From assembly GCF_006345805.1 (NCBI RefSeq), contig NW_021834579.1, forward strand, positions 1-47,054: a DNA stretch of 47,054 nt, given 5' to 3'. The DNA comes from Octopus sinensis. Taxonomy: Eukaryota. The notes below the pieces were generated by a model. That model was given only the letters and a program-made list of their open reading frames with translations. It had not been told where the DNA came from and searched no databases. Below, piece after piece: positions 11,733-24,943 of this stretch. A program made the position numbers and the translations under genes. Each line of letters starts with the position of its first letter. Positions within the stretch are counted from its first letter, which is position 1.

Positions 11733-13018
11733 CTACATAAAGTATACAAGTTATTGTATAAATAAAAAAAATGTAGCAGGTATTGCAGGTGTTAATAAAT
11801 AAATGGAACAAATTATATTCATCTTATCGCTTTAGAAAGTTATCTCTTATCGAATTTAACTTTCTTTACTATTAAAGACATCTGTATAACATCTAAAATA
11901 TATTTAGAAGAAAAATACTAAAGAGTTGATAATAACACATAATGAGCACTTTTAATTAGTCCCATGTGTTAAAACGAACAAAATATTTCCACTGTTTACA
12001 TTTCAACGATCTTGTGGAGTCGACTTTGTGAGAAGCAGTGTATCTCAACATTAAAGTGACTACTTTAAGCAATTACCCTCGAGGTTTTTCATGGCCAAAG
12101 AAAAACTGACAGGAAATTGTAGTTTCATGATTATAAAAGAAAGGTTTGCTTGAATCTTCGTCCCTAAAGCCATGTAAAACTGCTAATAGTTCCAGGCTAA
12201 ATGTCAAAGACAGGCACTATTCCAAACTACTCATTACGTATTTCAGTCATCAGTGCTAAATACACATGTATGGGTTATAGGTATATACTACACATGCAGA
12301 TGTAGTGCACATGATGTACTGAGAGATAACAGAAAACAAGAGAAGTACTAAAACGATTATAAAAAAGAGTAATTTTATTCCGATACATTCCCATATGCTT
12401 TTTACAATATCATAGACCTAAATAAATTTCCCCCAGTTTTATTGATCTTGCGGCCAGGCAGGAAAGTCCCACCCTCATTTCTAAAGTTCTTGTGTGCTAC
12501 TGCTATTGTGGTTCTCACATGATTTTTCTATTACGTTGAGTGATCCACCATATTTTCTAGATTCCTGCTGTCACTAGCAGCAGCATACCGTCTGGCGATG
12601 TTTGCCTTTCAGGAAATTATAACCCGCATCATTGTGGGCAGAGAGCGATTGGGTGGAAAGAGTGGATTTTATAAACAAGCACTTAAAAGTGTTAACACAC
12701 TGAACAAATATGTGTGTGTTTATGTATATATATATATTACTAAACTTGCACAAACTGACTAAATGCCTGTATGTATAGCAGATATCAGACATTACGAACC
12801 GTTGTAATGTGAAAGAAAAGGGATTGAAAACAAATATCATAACATATTAAAACTTGAGCGTGTTATAGTTAAGGGCAAGCGTGGGAAAAGAAAGTGTGAA
12901 AAAAAGAACAGGGAAATGCCAAAAAGATTACCACATTCCTAAAAATCACATATGCCTTCAAGTATATGAATTCAAGTTGTTTAAAAAGTTATATATATAT
13001 TTATATATCTGTGTGTGT

Positions 13019-13063
<45 letters not shown>

Positions 13064-13647
13064 GAACAAAACTAGAAACCCTTAAGTGTTAGACTTCCAG
13101 TCAAGGAGAATCACGCAATATCAATATATGCTATGATACAAATAACAATGTCACAATAAACCAAGAACCCTTTAACATGTTTAACACTATGAGAATGAAG
13201 GATAAATTAGAACACGGGACAACTAGATATAAAAGTTTCACAGACAAAAAGCCTATTAAACATATATTCCTATCATCGGATATCTAACTGATATCATTGT
13301 TTTCGATACACCATCCAAATATGTTGGTTCAACAAAGTAAATACAATTAAGTACTTATATGTAATATTATAGCAGCAATTTGATACACAAAACATTGCTA
13401 CGACCAAAGTAGGAATCACTTTACCAGAATCACTTCGCTTCGAATTGCAGGTAATCCCTACATTTGCCCCAATGGTGTTGAGGCAGACCCAGCAAAATGC
13501 ATATGTGATATAGTGAAAAGAAAGGTTAAATTTAATATAATCTCTCATTTTCATTATGTTCTGCTTAATATACAAAGTAAGATACACAGGCAAAAGGATA
13601 ACCCTGCATTAAAAAAGAACACTACATGAAAATATATCTACATTAAG

Positions 13648-13830
13648 CAGGAGCATAGTTGAGTGGTTTAGAAGCTCGCTTTGTCATTGCGTAAATCTGG
13701 CATTCTGTAGCACTGTTCGTAACCATTTATCAAGCTATCGTCGACCATAGACTCGGGTTGGCGAAGATTTATGGGCGGAACCGGAGACAATCCCGACAAA
13801 GTGACTATTCATGTGTCGTGCACTGGGATG
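13648..13830 (+). mobile_element. Highly degenerate SINE family B-like head and core
   Basis: gcaggagcatagttgagtggtttagaagctcgc resembles the family B head. Downstream similarity is weak. Confidence 0.4.
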
Positions 13831-14065
13831 TTGGACCATCATTGCCAATCTTTCACTATCTTTAGCAAAAACTGGTCTCTTGTAAGCATTCTAATTAGAT
13901 CTCTGGTTGGGGATAATTCACCTCCTTCGACTACTAGCCATGGAGGTCTGAAATAACCACAATCTTGGTTAATCAATTTAAAAAGCTACTCTTAACTTAA
14001 AGACTATTAAAATAATACTCGGACTGCACATAGCTCAGTGGATAAGATTTATAGAAATTGTTATG

Positions 14066-14067
14066 CA

Positions 14068-14122
<55 letters not shown>

Positions 14123-14129
14123 ATATATA

Positions 14130-14167
<38 letters not shown>

Positions 14168-14320
14168 TATATATAAAGTTAATCCAAACATAAACAAGAA
14201 AACACAAAAAAACACAACAACGCGAGGACGTGGAAAAAATATAGTATTACTGGATGCTCAGGAAAGAAGAAGGAGGGTGTATATATATATATATAGATAT
14301 ATATATATATATATATAATA
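14066..14320. repeat. (TA)n microsatellites
   Basis: Directly visible. Confidence 0.9.
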
Positions 14321-14838
14321 TTATTAGAGACAAAACCACCAAGGAAAGACTTAATCAATACATAAAATTTTAATAAAAAGTCAAAAAAACCGCCACTACA
14401 ATTGTTTCTTGTCCTGATCGACAATCTTCAGGTGGACTTCCAATCTAAAATATCAATATTTTAAAATATAAAAATAATAATTTTAAAATAATTAAAGTAT
14501 TAATGAAAAAATATAAATATATAATCTATATATAACCTATATATAATCCATATATAATCAATATATAAACAATATATAAACTAAAATAAACCTATCAACA
14601 ATTAAATATAAATATAAAACAAAACAAAAAATAAACTATATATACACCCATACACATATAACTAATTATATATAACCATATCTAAATACATACACTAAAT
14701 CACACACCTATATATATATCCCTATACATACACATAAAAACGTCTAGGCAACGATAAATAAATAAATAAAATTGGATTTAATCCTAAATCTGATTTTTTC
14801 CCTGTAAATTTGGATTTATTCCCTAATATTATTATTAT

Positions 14839-14869
<31 letters not shown>

Positions 14870-14880
14870 TATATATATAT

Positions 14881-15110
14881 TCTTTTACTTCTTTCAGTCA
14901 TTTGACTGCGACTATGGTGAAGCACCGTCTTTAGTCGAACAAATCGACCTCAAAACTTATTCTTGGTGAACCTAGTACTTATTCTATCGGACTCTTTTAC
15001 CGAGCCGCTAAGTAACGGGGACGTAAACACACCAATATCGGCTGTCAAGTGATGGTGGAGGGACAAACACAGATACACACGCACAGACACACACACACAC
15101 AAACACACAC
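14881..15110 (-). mobile_element. SINE family B 3' half (5'-truncated)
   Basis: cttttacttctttcagtcatttgactgcg...gaccgccgctaagtaacggggacgtaaacacacc-type sequence matches 9215-9420. Confidence 0.85.
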
Positions 15111-15379
15111 ATATCTCGGAGTTTTATTATGGCTACCGAATTATTGTCACATATTACATTTACAGATATATATATATATAAGTCACCTTTGCTTCTTATC
15201 TGAAGTTAACAGAATAGCATCAATTTCATGCTTGGGGCTCCTAAGATCTACTAAGGAAAACCTCGTAATTATTTCATAATGCTTTGTGTCAAGTTACCTA
15301 CAAGGACTCAAGCTTTCAGGTCAGTGTGTTCTGACAGTGAGCACTGAAAGGAGGACAAACGGCGACTCACTTACATCGT

Positions 15380-15511
15380 ATTTCATATATACATACAAAC
15401 ATAAACATACACGCATACATATACAGGCATATATATATATATTTCATATATGCATATATACATATATATATATATATAGATATTTATATATATATATATA
15501 CATATATATAC

Positions 15512-15556
<45 letters not shown>

Positions 15557-15830
15557 ATTATATATATATATATCCAACCACCCATAAATATATACATACT
15601 CACAAATATAAATACATGCATACAGACGTTCATACATTTATACATTCATATGCTTCTATATATTTGTGACTATGCGTGCTTGCTTGTGTGTAGTTATAAA
15701 TCCGTATATGTGTGTGCGTATGTATATATGTATATCTGTACATGTACGTTTGTGCTTATGTGTCTATATATCTAGACAGATAGACAGTCAAAAAGTCGGA
15801 CAGACAGAAACATAGACAGATGGGAGGTGT
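15380..15830. repeat. Degenerate (TA)/(CATA)/(GT)/(GACA) microsatellite block
   Basis: Directly visible. Confidence 0.85.
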
Positions 15831-16437
15831 TTACCCATGTTTGTGTGAAATTGTATTTTTGCCTTCGGTTAAAAAACATTTAATTAGTGAATAATTTAAA
15901 ATGTGAAAACAAATTCCAGCTGAGATTTAAAAATCTCTGAAAGTCAGTTTATCTTTACCATTCATTCGAAAACAATATGCTAATTTGAAAACAAAAACTT
16001 GTGGAAAAAAAAAATTATTTTTTTGGATAAATTGTATTTCCATATTAATATTAACACATGACAAATGTTGCATGCAATTTTGTTTCTTTATTCGTTTTCT
16101 TTTTATCATTATTTTTTGTTGTTGTTGTATTTTGGGTTTTGTTATTTTTTTTTATACATTTGATTTTTAATGAAGAAATCCGATCTTATTTGATAATACT
16201 AATTCGATAAATAGGCGTAACGATTCGATAAATTGTTTGGAATTATGCAATATTAATATTAATATTTATATTTTGTAGTAGCTGTTGTTTTTCGTCGATT
16301 TTGAAAATTCTATTAATAACATTTTATTTTTATCTTTATGTATTTATTTTTTGGAGGGGTTATATTTTATCTTGTGTTAGGGTTTTTAATGAGTTTACAT
16401 TTGTTTCTTTGTCTCAATGATAATAATAGTAATCATT

Positions 16438-16462
16438 TTGATTATTATTATTATTACAATCA

Positions 16463-16505
<43 letters not shown>

Positions 16506-16520
16506 GTTATTGTTGTTGTA
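16438..16520. repeat. (ATT)n trinucleotide repeat
   Basis: Directly visible. Confidence 0.95.
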
Positions 16521-17259
16521 GTTGGGATGCGGTGGTTGGGGTGAAAATCGATACCTAAAGATTTTGGTTTCTTGAATAAATGTTACAGAACTTTGAAATG
16601 CAAATGACTCTAAAGTTTAACTCAACATCTCCATTAGATTCATGGTGATTGTTTAGAGATATTGATTGATTGATTGGTTGATTGATTGATTGATTATATT
16701 TCAATGACGTCTAACTCAATACTAGCAGTAATTTTTTCATCAAATTTACACAGTGAGATCAAATCCGTATCGGGATCATCTTTATTTTCTTTTATTCAGA
16801 GTTCAGTAAAATAATTTCCTGGAAAATCTTGTGTTTGATTTAGTGAGTAGTAACTCTACTGAAGTGGATTTCAAAATTTTAAGGATTTTCCAAGAATTTT
16901 AAAATATCTTAAGTTTTTTGAGAATGAATGGATCTTTTCTGTTAATGTCGCAATGTTTGAAATTTTAGAATTATTTGAAATTTTTCAAATTTAGTATATA
17001 GGCGTAATTTTTTATGCCGAATCTGATTTTTTAATTCACTTGTTCCAGAAAAAAATTTTCTTAATTTTGCAGTGGTTTAAAGTTTGTTCATTTTTTACTC
17101 GGTCAGAAAACAGGATTTCGAAGCTGGCATTTTCTGTGTGATAGCTGTCTGTCAAAATCTTACAACAACAAAGCAAAACGTTACGTATACTATTGTAGTA
17201 ATAGTTCGGTACATGTAAACAATTGATAGATTTTTTGTAGTGAAAATTCAAAAGAAGAA

Positions 17260-18129
17260 AGTTTGAGATACACTCTAGGAGTTTCTCAAACAAATTACAA
17301 TTTTTGTATCTTCTGCGCCACACAAACTCGAAAAGACACGAAAAAAGCCATAGAACGGTGGATCCCACAGTGTCATTTATTCCCATATTTTACACAAACA
17401 CATGTGCTTTTTTCTACTTGTTGCATATGGGTAACGTCTTTCGAGATAATAAAATCAACGCTGATGTTCATTGTTCAATGTCGAAATTTATAACAATCAG
17501 TTTCAAGAATGAGAAAATAGGTACTCCACAAATCACTGAAAATTGTGGTTGCTGAAACACCCGACTGACGTATGCATTCCTTAAGTGGGTCGCGATTCTG
17601 ATATGACACCGTGTAAGGAAAAACCTGTCTGATCTTCCAACACATTCTCCCGAAAACCCACTATTCATCTAGCAAGCACTCGGTCTTGTATTTATTTCTT
17701 GAGAGACTGTTTCGTTTATCTCAACAGTCTTCCCGGGACCACCTACTTGAACTGGATCGCGGAGCACGTCATTCGCACGTATTTCACGAACATAGTTGTT
17801 GTAATCAACAGCTGTGCAGTGGATCATCTTCAGTTCTTCAACAAAAACCGAATTAGTGTCAATTCCTTGAACTATGCGTAAAGAGGAAAAAAAAGAACAT
17901 TACAGTCCTAAGCGGAAGGGTGCCACCTTCCAACCACTTATCTTTTCTGACAGATACACACTCGTTGTATTCTTTTCGGGAACACTGCCAGTAAATTTTC
18001 CCGCGAAGTATCTTCTGTATATAGTGGGGTGTCTCTTTGTACATATATTTTTCTTTTGGGGACAGTACCCTTCTCTTGCAAGTAAGAAACCGCATCCTCC
18101 TCACTTTTCAATTCCTTCATCATACTCAA
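17260..18129 (-). mobile_element. Merlin (IS1595/ISXO2-like DDE) transposase pseudogene, frameshifted with in-frame stops
   Basis: Manual translation across frames: MMKELKSEEDAVSYLQEKG; YWQCSRK...VSVRKDKWLEGGTLPL; TAVDYNNYVREI...QVGGPGKTVEINET; WVFG; TTIFSDLWSTY; H*TMN; LFEFVWRRRY..NLFEKLLECI. These match the Merlin/ISXO2 motif order (GGPG..VEIDE, WVFG, I.SD.W..Y, VNH, EF.WRRR). TIRs not resolved. Confidence 0.88.
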
Positions 18130-19282
18130 AAGTATAAGGGTTGGCTGTGATCACATTTCTGTCTAAGTTGAAAAGGTCTAGGAAAACACACAGTTCAAAA
18201 TTATGAACAAGAGATAGCGACTGCACAGCAATCGAAAATATCTGTTAAAAAGGCAACAGCTTGGCTTGATTGTATGGAAACAGGCACCGATTATGTACGT
18301 GGCTTTCGATTGGCTAAAATTACCCAAAATTTGCAAACTTTAGAAGTTATTAACTTTTCATTTGTCAATTTATGGCAAAAATGAATTTCATTTCCATAAT
18401 TAGCATACAAAAGTACATCAGTAGATCAAATTTTTAAACAACTGGAACAAAATTTTTTAAAATAGAAAACTGTGACAGCAACAGAAAAATCCGAGTAAGT
18501 TTTTCAGGAAATATGGGGTTCTAAATCGGCGAAGTAATCAGATTATACATCCTCTATTCAGTGATACTTGTAGCTATTTTCGTTCTGAAACGTCTCAGTT
18601 ACACATAATTTGCAAATTTAGATGCCTATGATAACCCAATGGGGTACTCGGTCCACGAAAGTTTGGTTTATAGAAACTCTTTAAACCCAGTATCCCCTAT
18701 TTCTTGAGGTACTCTATGAATGAGGTAGGATTCTCTCTCGCTTTCGGTTTCAGTAAGTCTATATGTTGTATATATTTGAACTTATAGACATTTGCAGTCC
18801 TATATATTTTTTCTTGAAATATTTTACGAGTGTTAATCCTGTAGGGGTTGATTTCGTTTTCATTTATATTTTATATCATTGTATTAGATCTGGAAAGCTA
18901 TATCGCTTAGAAAAGAATAGCTTCTTTTCACATTATTGGTACTGAAGAGTTTGTGTTGCATGTGAAATTTCCTACTTATGCTGATGATTGTATTAATGTT
19001 ATAACTGTGAGGTGAACCAAATACTTTTTTTCTTAGATTTGTTGCTATGTGCGGGATGCCCCTATATCCTATTTTAATAATACAGAGTAACTTCTTGCTT
19101 GTTCATTTTTATGGTAGGGCATTCTTGCACATTGTTATGGTCATATAATCTGTTACTTCTATACTTATGTGTCGTAAAGTTTGACTAAAGACATGGGTAT
19201 CTGCTTAAAACCTTAGGGATACATTTAACTTCATGCACACACTCGTACACACATACACATTCATATTCATCTACATAGACAT

Positions 19283-19405
19283 GAATAGATAGATAGATAG
19301 ATAGGTAGGTTGGTAGGTAGGTAGGTAGGTAGGTAGGTAGGTAGATATATATATATATATATAGATAGATAGATAGATAGATAGATAGATGATAGATAGA
19401 TAGAT

Positions 19406-19454
<49 letters not shown>

Positions 19455-19473
19455 GATAGATAGATAGATAGAT
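19283..19473. repeat. (GATA)n/(GGTA)n microsatellite
   Basis: Directly visible. Confidence 0.95.
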
Positions 19474-20093
19474 ATGTTTCTTTATTAGCCACACAGGGCT
19501 GCACACAGACAGGACAAATTACAAGGTAGAGCTTTTCTTTTGGGGGTAAAAAAAGGGGTTTGGTTTTCGATTAAAAGGGATCGTAAAGGGAAAGAAAGAG
19601 GACAAAAAAGGGGGGAATAAAAAAAAGATTGATAGATAGATTGATAGATAGATAGATAGAAGATTTTGTATGTGTAGAAATGTTAGAGTATCTGTGGTAA
19701 GAAGACATTTCACCTGGCTATGAAAAGGTAGACTACTGCAAGATTTCTCCGTGAAAAGAAAGAGAGATCAAACAAACATCATTTATCAAAGCCTCATCAA
19801 CGATTACTTCCTTATCACAGAGAGATTAGTAGAGTTTAACAATTTATAATAAACACACACTGAAACAGGAGTAAATAGGTTCATCTAATTTTGATAAAAT
19901 TACAAAGATTAGTAATGTGAATTAATTAGTTAATTAACTAATCAATTAATACAACCTCTCCATTTACAATAAATAACTATTAACTACATTCTATCTGTGA
20001 TTAGAAACGCATGAATCTGTCAGAGATCGGTGTCTCATTCCTGATCGCAGAAATTGGAAGAGCGATCTCCTTTTCATGCTATAAACATAAAAC

Positions 20094-20148
20094 CTGAGTC
20101 TTAACAACGGTTTCAACATATTTCTCAGCGATGCCCAACGCCCGTTTA
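20094..20148 (-). CDS. Weak candidate exon, open in two frames (KRALGIAEKYVETVVKTQ or NGRWASLRNMLKPLLRL)
   Basis: Acceptor gtgcttttag, donor cag|gtttta. Splice signals only. Confidence 0.15.
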
Positions 20149-21002
20149 CTAAAAGCACACATAAGTTTACCTTACCTTATCTGACATACATATTGCGTGC
20201 ATGTGTGTGTGTGTGTGTGTGTGCTCGTGTGTGTGTGTGTGTGTGTGAAAAATACATTTATGAAATGACGTTTATATATGTGCATACTTAGATATAAAAT
20301 CTGCAAGTGTCTGAGTCTAGGTGTCTTTATGAGCTATTATATATACACGTGTGAGCGGGTTTTCTAGATAGGAGATGTTAAAAATTTCAACCGTGAAGAT
20401 AAGCAACGTTCTAGATAATAATAAGCTATAAAGAAATGCACCATAAATTTATCTGCAGTAACTAAAACTATATTCATTCATCTGTTTGTTTTTCTCGACA
20501 AGTAAACACTTAATTTGTGAATAATCTACTTTTGTTTTCATGTATTATTGTTTTTAATTATCTTCCACAACAATTCTTCGGGGAGGTGAGAGATATATTT
20601 CAAAAATATTGTTCCCTAGTGAAACTGTTTAAAATATATATGAAACTCTTCACGAAATAGTTATTATTTCCTTTCATTTCTTCCTCCACCCTTGCCTATC
20701 CTTCTCTTTTTGTTCTCTTTTCCAAATTGTCTCATCGTTTTTTATTTTGATTCTAATGTCATACAAACTAAACTTGTAAATAGTATTTAATATTGATAAG
20801 GAGGTGGATACCAGAATCTGAGACAGCACAGCTTTGACTAGAAGACATTACCAGTTTACATTTATTTATTCAAAGAATATCGGGAGTTTCTTCACTATTG
20901 GTTTTCAAAACCGTTTTTATATTTTTGTAGTGTTGGAGATGGGTGATAACAAAGGTACCCAGTATTATGTTGGGCACTTATATAAAGGCCAACTTTTCTC
21001 AC

Positions 21003-21062
21003 ATTGACACTGTACTTCAAAATGAAAGTCATTGGCTATCATTGCAAATACCTTTGTGAGGT
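21003..21062 (-). CDS. Weak candidate 60-nt exon (xLTKVFAMIANDFHFEVQCQ)
   Basis: Long pyrimidine tract ending ctag, donor t|gtgaga. Phase 1-1, compatible with the exon ending at 28819. Confidence 0.2.
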
Positions 21063-22255
21063 CTAGTGGTGTGGGTTGAAAAGAAAGAAGATACCTTTCA
21101 AGATAGAAAAATTGAGAATCTGAATGTTCTTATCTTTTCAAAACGGTATCCGCGTAAAGGGAGTTCGATCAACTGAGATTTTCAATAGCATACATAAAAC
21201 TTGCAATGTTTATCACAAATATCTATTTCTAACAAACAGAAGGCTTTTATGATGTTCGTACCTCTCTCAATCACTGATTTTTATTCACGAAAAACAAAAA
21301 AAGAGACATATACTTGATCAGCAACTCATCTTTTCAATCTAATGATGAAGTCTAACGTGGTCGCACAAACTGCTAAAAACAAGTGCTAAATCTCCTTTAC
21401 ATTACATCCTGTCCACTTTAGAAGGCAGAAAAAATCAATGAAGAGAATAGTACTAGCTATATATTAAAAAAATATGGGATAGTGGCAGCTGGAATATCTT
21501 TTATGAGGTCCGATCTAGCAGAGCTTATCTGAGATTAAACAACCTCCATGTATAAGGTAACGAAGACTGCAAAATCCAATGTGATCATTTTTTAAGATGA
21601 TATGGTATGATTTGAAAATAATTTGACTTACTTTTCTTCATATCGTGGGTCCACGTAATGACTATCCACCCCACCCCCACCAAAAAATGAAGTTTTGATC
21701 GTTGCATGAAAACGTTTGACCACTGCTCTTTTCTATCGGAGTTGATTTCAGATTAAGCAACAACCTTCATTCACCAGCCAACAACTGAGCTGTGTCTTCC
21801 TAAATTATTTGCTACAACAACGGTTTCTGAACCTTTCTGGATTCACTTGCTCAATGAATCTACCAATTTAAACATTCAAGATACTTTTGATAAACTACGT
21901 TTCCAAGAATACATCGAAAATTCAATGAGAGTTCCTTTTTTTCAATTCTATAACTTCATAGGCATTGCAGCTTTCATCATTCACATAATTATTACTTCTT
22001 ATGTATAAGTGAAGATGTGTGACCACATGATTAGAGTGTTAGCGTAACGGTCGTATTTGTCACGGTTTGAGTTCACGGATCGAGCGTTGCGTTGTATTCG
22101 TTTTCATTTCACGATGCTCAAAAGCCATTCAATTGGAAACCAGTATCAACAGCAGCTTAAACTTTGCGAAACGCTGGCACCCCATTCAGTGTAGAATATT
22201 GTATGTCCAACCGCTTACACATCATGAATTTACTCAGACTTTAACTGTTTAACAT

Positions 22256-22643
22256 TTTGGAAGCACTCCGTCGGTTACGACGATGAGGGTTCCGTTTGAT
22301 CCGATCAACGGAACAGCCTGCTCGTGAAATTAACGTGTAAGTGGCTGAGCACTCCACAGACACGTGTACCCTTAACGTAGTTCTCGGGGATATTCAGCGT
22401 GACACAGTGAGTGACAAGGCCGGCCCTTTGAAATATAGGTACAACAGAAACAGGAAGTAAGAGTGAGAGAAAGTTGTGGTGAAAGAGTACAGCAGGGATC
22501 ACCACCATCCCTGCCGGAGCCTCGTGGAGCTTTAGATGTTTTCGCTCAATAAACACTCACAACGCCCTGTCTGGGAATCGAAACCGCGATCCTACAACCG
22601 CGAGTCCGCTGCCCTAACCACTGGGCCATTGCGGCTCCACATG
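22256..22643 (-). mobile_element. tRNA-headed SINE sharing the family C 3' tail, with 13-bp TSD
   Basis: Head on the minus strand has A-box tggcccagtgg and B-box ggtttcgattccc. TSD aactgtttaacat at 22243-22255 and 22644-22656. The 3' ~160 bp align with 44700-44866. Confidence 0.9.
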
Positions 22644-23397
22644 AACTGTTTAACATATGCGTAAGGTGACACGTTTATTCAGTTTGTTCCATTGCCTGGT
22701 TTTAGAACCATCTGTTAGTTCCATGGGTCTTTAACGGGGCTGACTCTGTTATATACACTCAAGTTATATCACTGATCTGAGTCTACCCTTCTCACACTGG
22801 TCACATCGATCCTTAAAATATCGATTATGAACGCTGCCCTTCCTCATCTGCCTAATCCATATATAAATTTGAGCAAAACAATTTCACTCTTGAAATATCC
22901 ACTCATCAAGATATAATTAATTAGAACCTTTTAGCACAATTTTTGCCATCATCCTTCTATCACCAAATAGAAGTATGAATGGTATCATACTGACGCGGTT
23001 ACTGCTGCTACTGCTTTTGCTGCTTATATTGTCGCTGATGTTGTTTTTGTAACTCCACTCAGCAACTTTTGATGGATCAAACCTATCATCAAAGACATCC
23101 CGGTTGTGATTACCCACCCAGTATATTTTATTTTCAGAAAAGTCAATATTTAGGAAATCATTTACTATTTAGTTCCCCCTTTTTTATCAAAGCTACATAC
23201 TGTGATTTAAGACAGATTTTGCTGCTATATCTAGCTGATTAAACATCCTTGTAGACTGCTCACACGTTCATTTGTCAGCTGTCGATGTTTTTTGCTTTTA
23301 AATTTATTTTCATTTATTTTCTTTTTTTGCTATAAAGGAAGTAATACAAACAAACAAGTTATTAATTCTACAGCTATCAATTACAAAGCCAGCTAAT

Positions 23398-23516
23398 CAT
23401 TATATATGTATGTGTGTATATGTATATATATATGTGTGTATATATATACACATACATATATATATATATATATATATGTATGTACATATATGTATGTATA
23501 TATATGTATATATATA

Positions 23517-23563
<47 letters not shown>

Positions 23564-23655
23564 TATATATATATATACATACATATATACATATATACAT
23601 ATATGTATATATATATATATATGCATGTATGTATGTATGTATGTAATGTGTGTAT
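23398..23655. repeat. (TA)/(TATG) microsatellite
   Basis: Directly visible. Confidence 0.95.
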
Positions 23656-23940
23656 GTACTTCGTTTTTTCATAAAATTCTTTTTTTTTCATTTTAATCCT
23701 CAAAGATTTATTTGTATTTCTTTTGGTGTCTTTGGAAATGGCTACCAGACTGTTCTCTTGTAACGTTACACCATTTTCATTATGTTTTTATTTCCCGTTC
23801 GTAACAAGATAATATTTGTAAGATTTGTCTCTGAGATGAGGGTTGAAGTGGGGGGGGTAAAGATAGCAAAAACATGTATAAACAAACCGATGACTGATGG
23901 TTAAACAATTTTTCAAACTGTCTGATTGAAGGAAAACGAT

Positions 23941-24239
<299 letters not shown>

Positions 24240-24321
24240 GAGGATTATAATAATAATAATAATCATTATTATTATTATTATTGTTGTTGTTGTTGTTGTT
24301 GTTATGATTATGATTATTATT

Positions 24322-24441
24322 TAATTCGGCAAGCTAGCAGAATCGATAGCACATCGGATAAAATGCTTACTGGTCTTTCGTCTATCTTCACGTTCTGAGT
24401 TAAAATTCCGCCGTGGTCGGCTTTGCTTTTCATCCTTTCGG
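24322..24441 (+). mobile_element. Partial SINE family A head, divergent from the preceding copy
   Basis: gcaagctagcagaatcgatagcac...cacgttctgagttaaaattccgccgtggtcggctttgcttttcatcctttcgg. Confidence 0.75.
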
Positions 24442-24943
24442 AGATGAGAGACAACAATGAGAACAAGAATAGCAATAGCAACAACAGCATGTCTAAAATC
24501 GTTAGCTGTAGCTACAACATCAGCAACTTCGGATGTTATTTACTGACAGATTTGGAAAGTTATCATCTGACCTCTTGAATGTTGCCAATAAATTTCCCTT
24601 GAATAAAAACATTATATTCTTTAAAATTAAACTACGTGCTTCAAATCGTAAAAATAATACGACACAGTTAATATATGATGAAACTTTATGCAAGCCAACA
24701 GGCTGGAAGGCATATATCTATGATGATGTAGAGCATTTTGAATCTTCTTAAGCTATAAGTAGTTAACTAGAAATAGTTTAATCAGCTAGAGCAGGCGGCG
24801 GGAATACTATGCAGTTGAAGAGTGTTTCCAGTTACCTTGGCTTAATTGCTGCAAGTACCAACATTTTCTAGGACTGCGTTACGCAGATTAGTCTTCTGAT
24901 TACATTTTAAAGAAGTCATAGGCTTGGGGAGATTCGGGAAAAA

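Noticed and set aside
15187-15240. 54-nt symmetric minus-strand micro-exon (SPKHEIDAILLTSDKKQ)
   Set aside because: Splice dinucleotides only, no recognisable homology, expected by chance.
16995-18560. TIRs for the Merlin fossil
   Set aside because: Only short shared words (ctggaacaa, ccgagtaa) in inconsistent order; no convincing inverted pair or TSD.
22917-23117. 66-aa minus-strand ORF (MGNHNRDVFDDRFDPSK...)
   Set aside because: Core is a degenerate (GCT/GTT/GAT) low-complexity tract; no splice support or motif.
24533-24751. 72-aa plus-strand ORF
   Set aside because: No recognisable motif or splice context.
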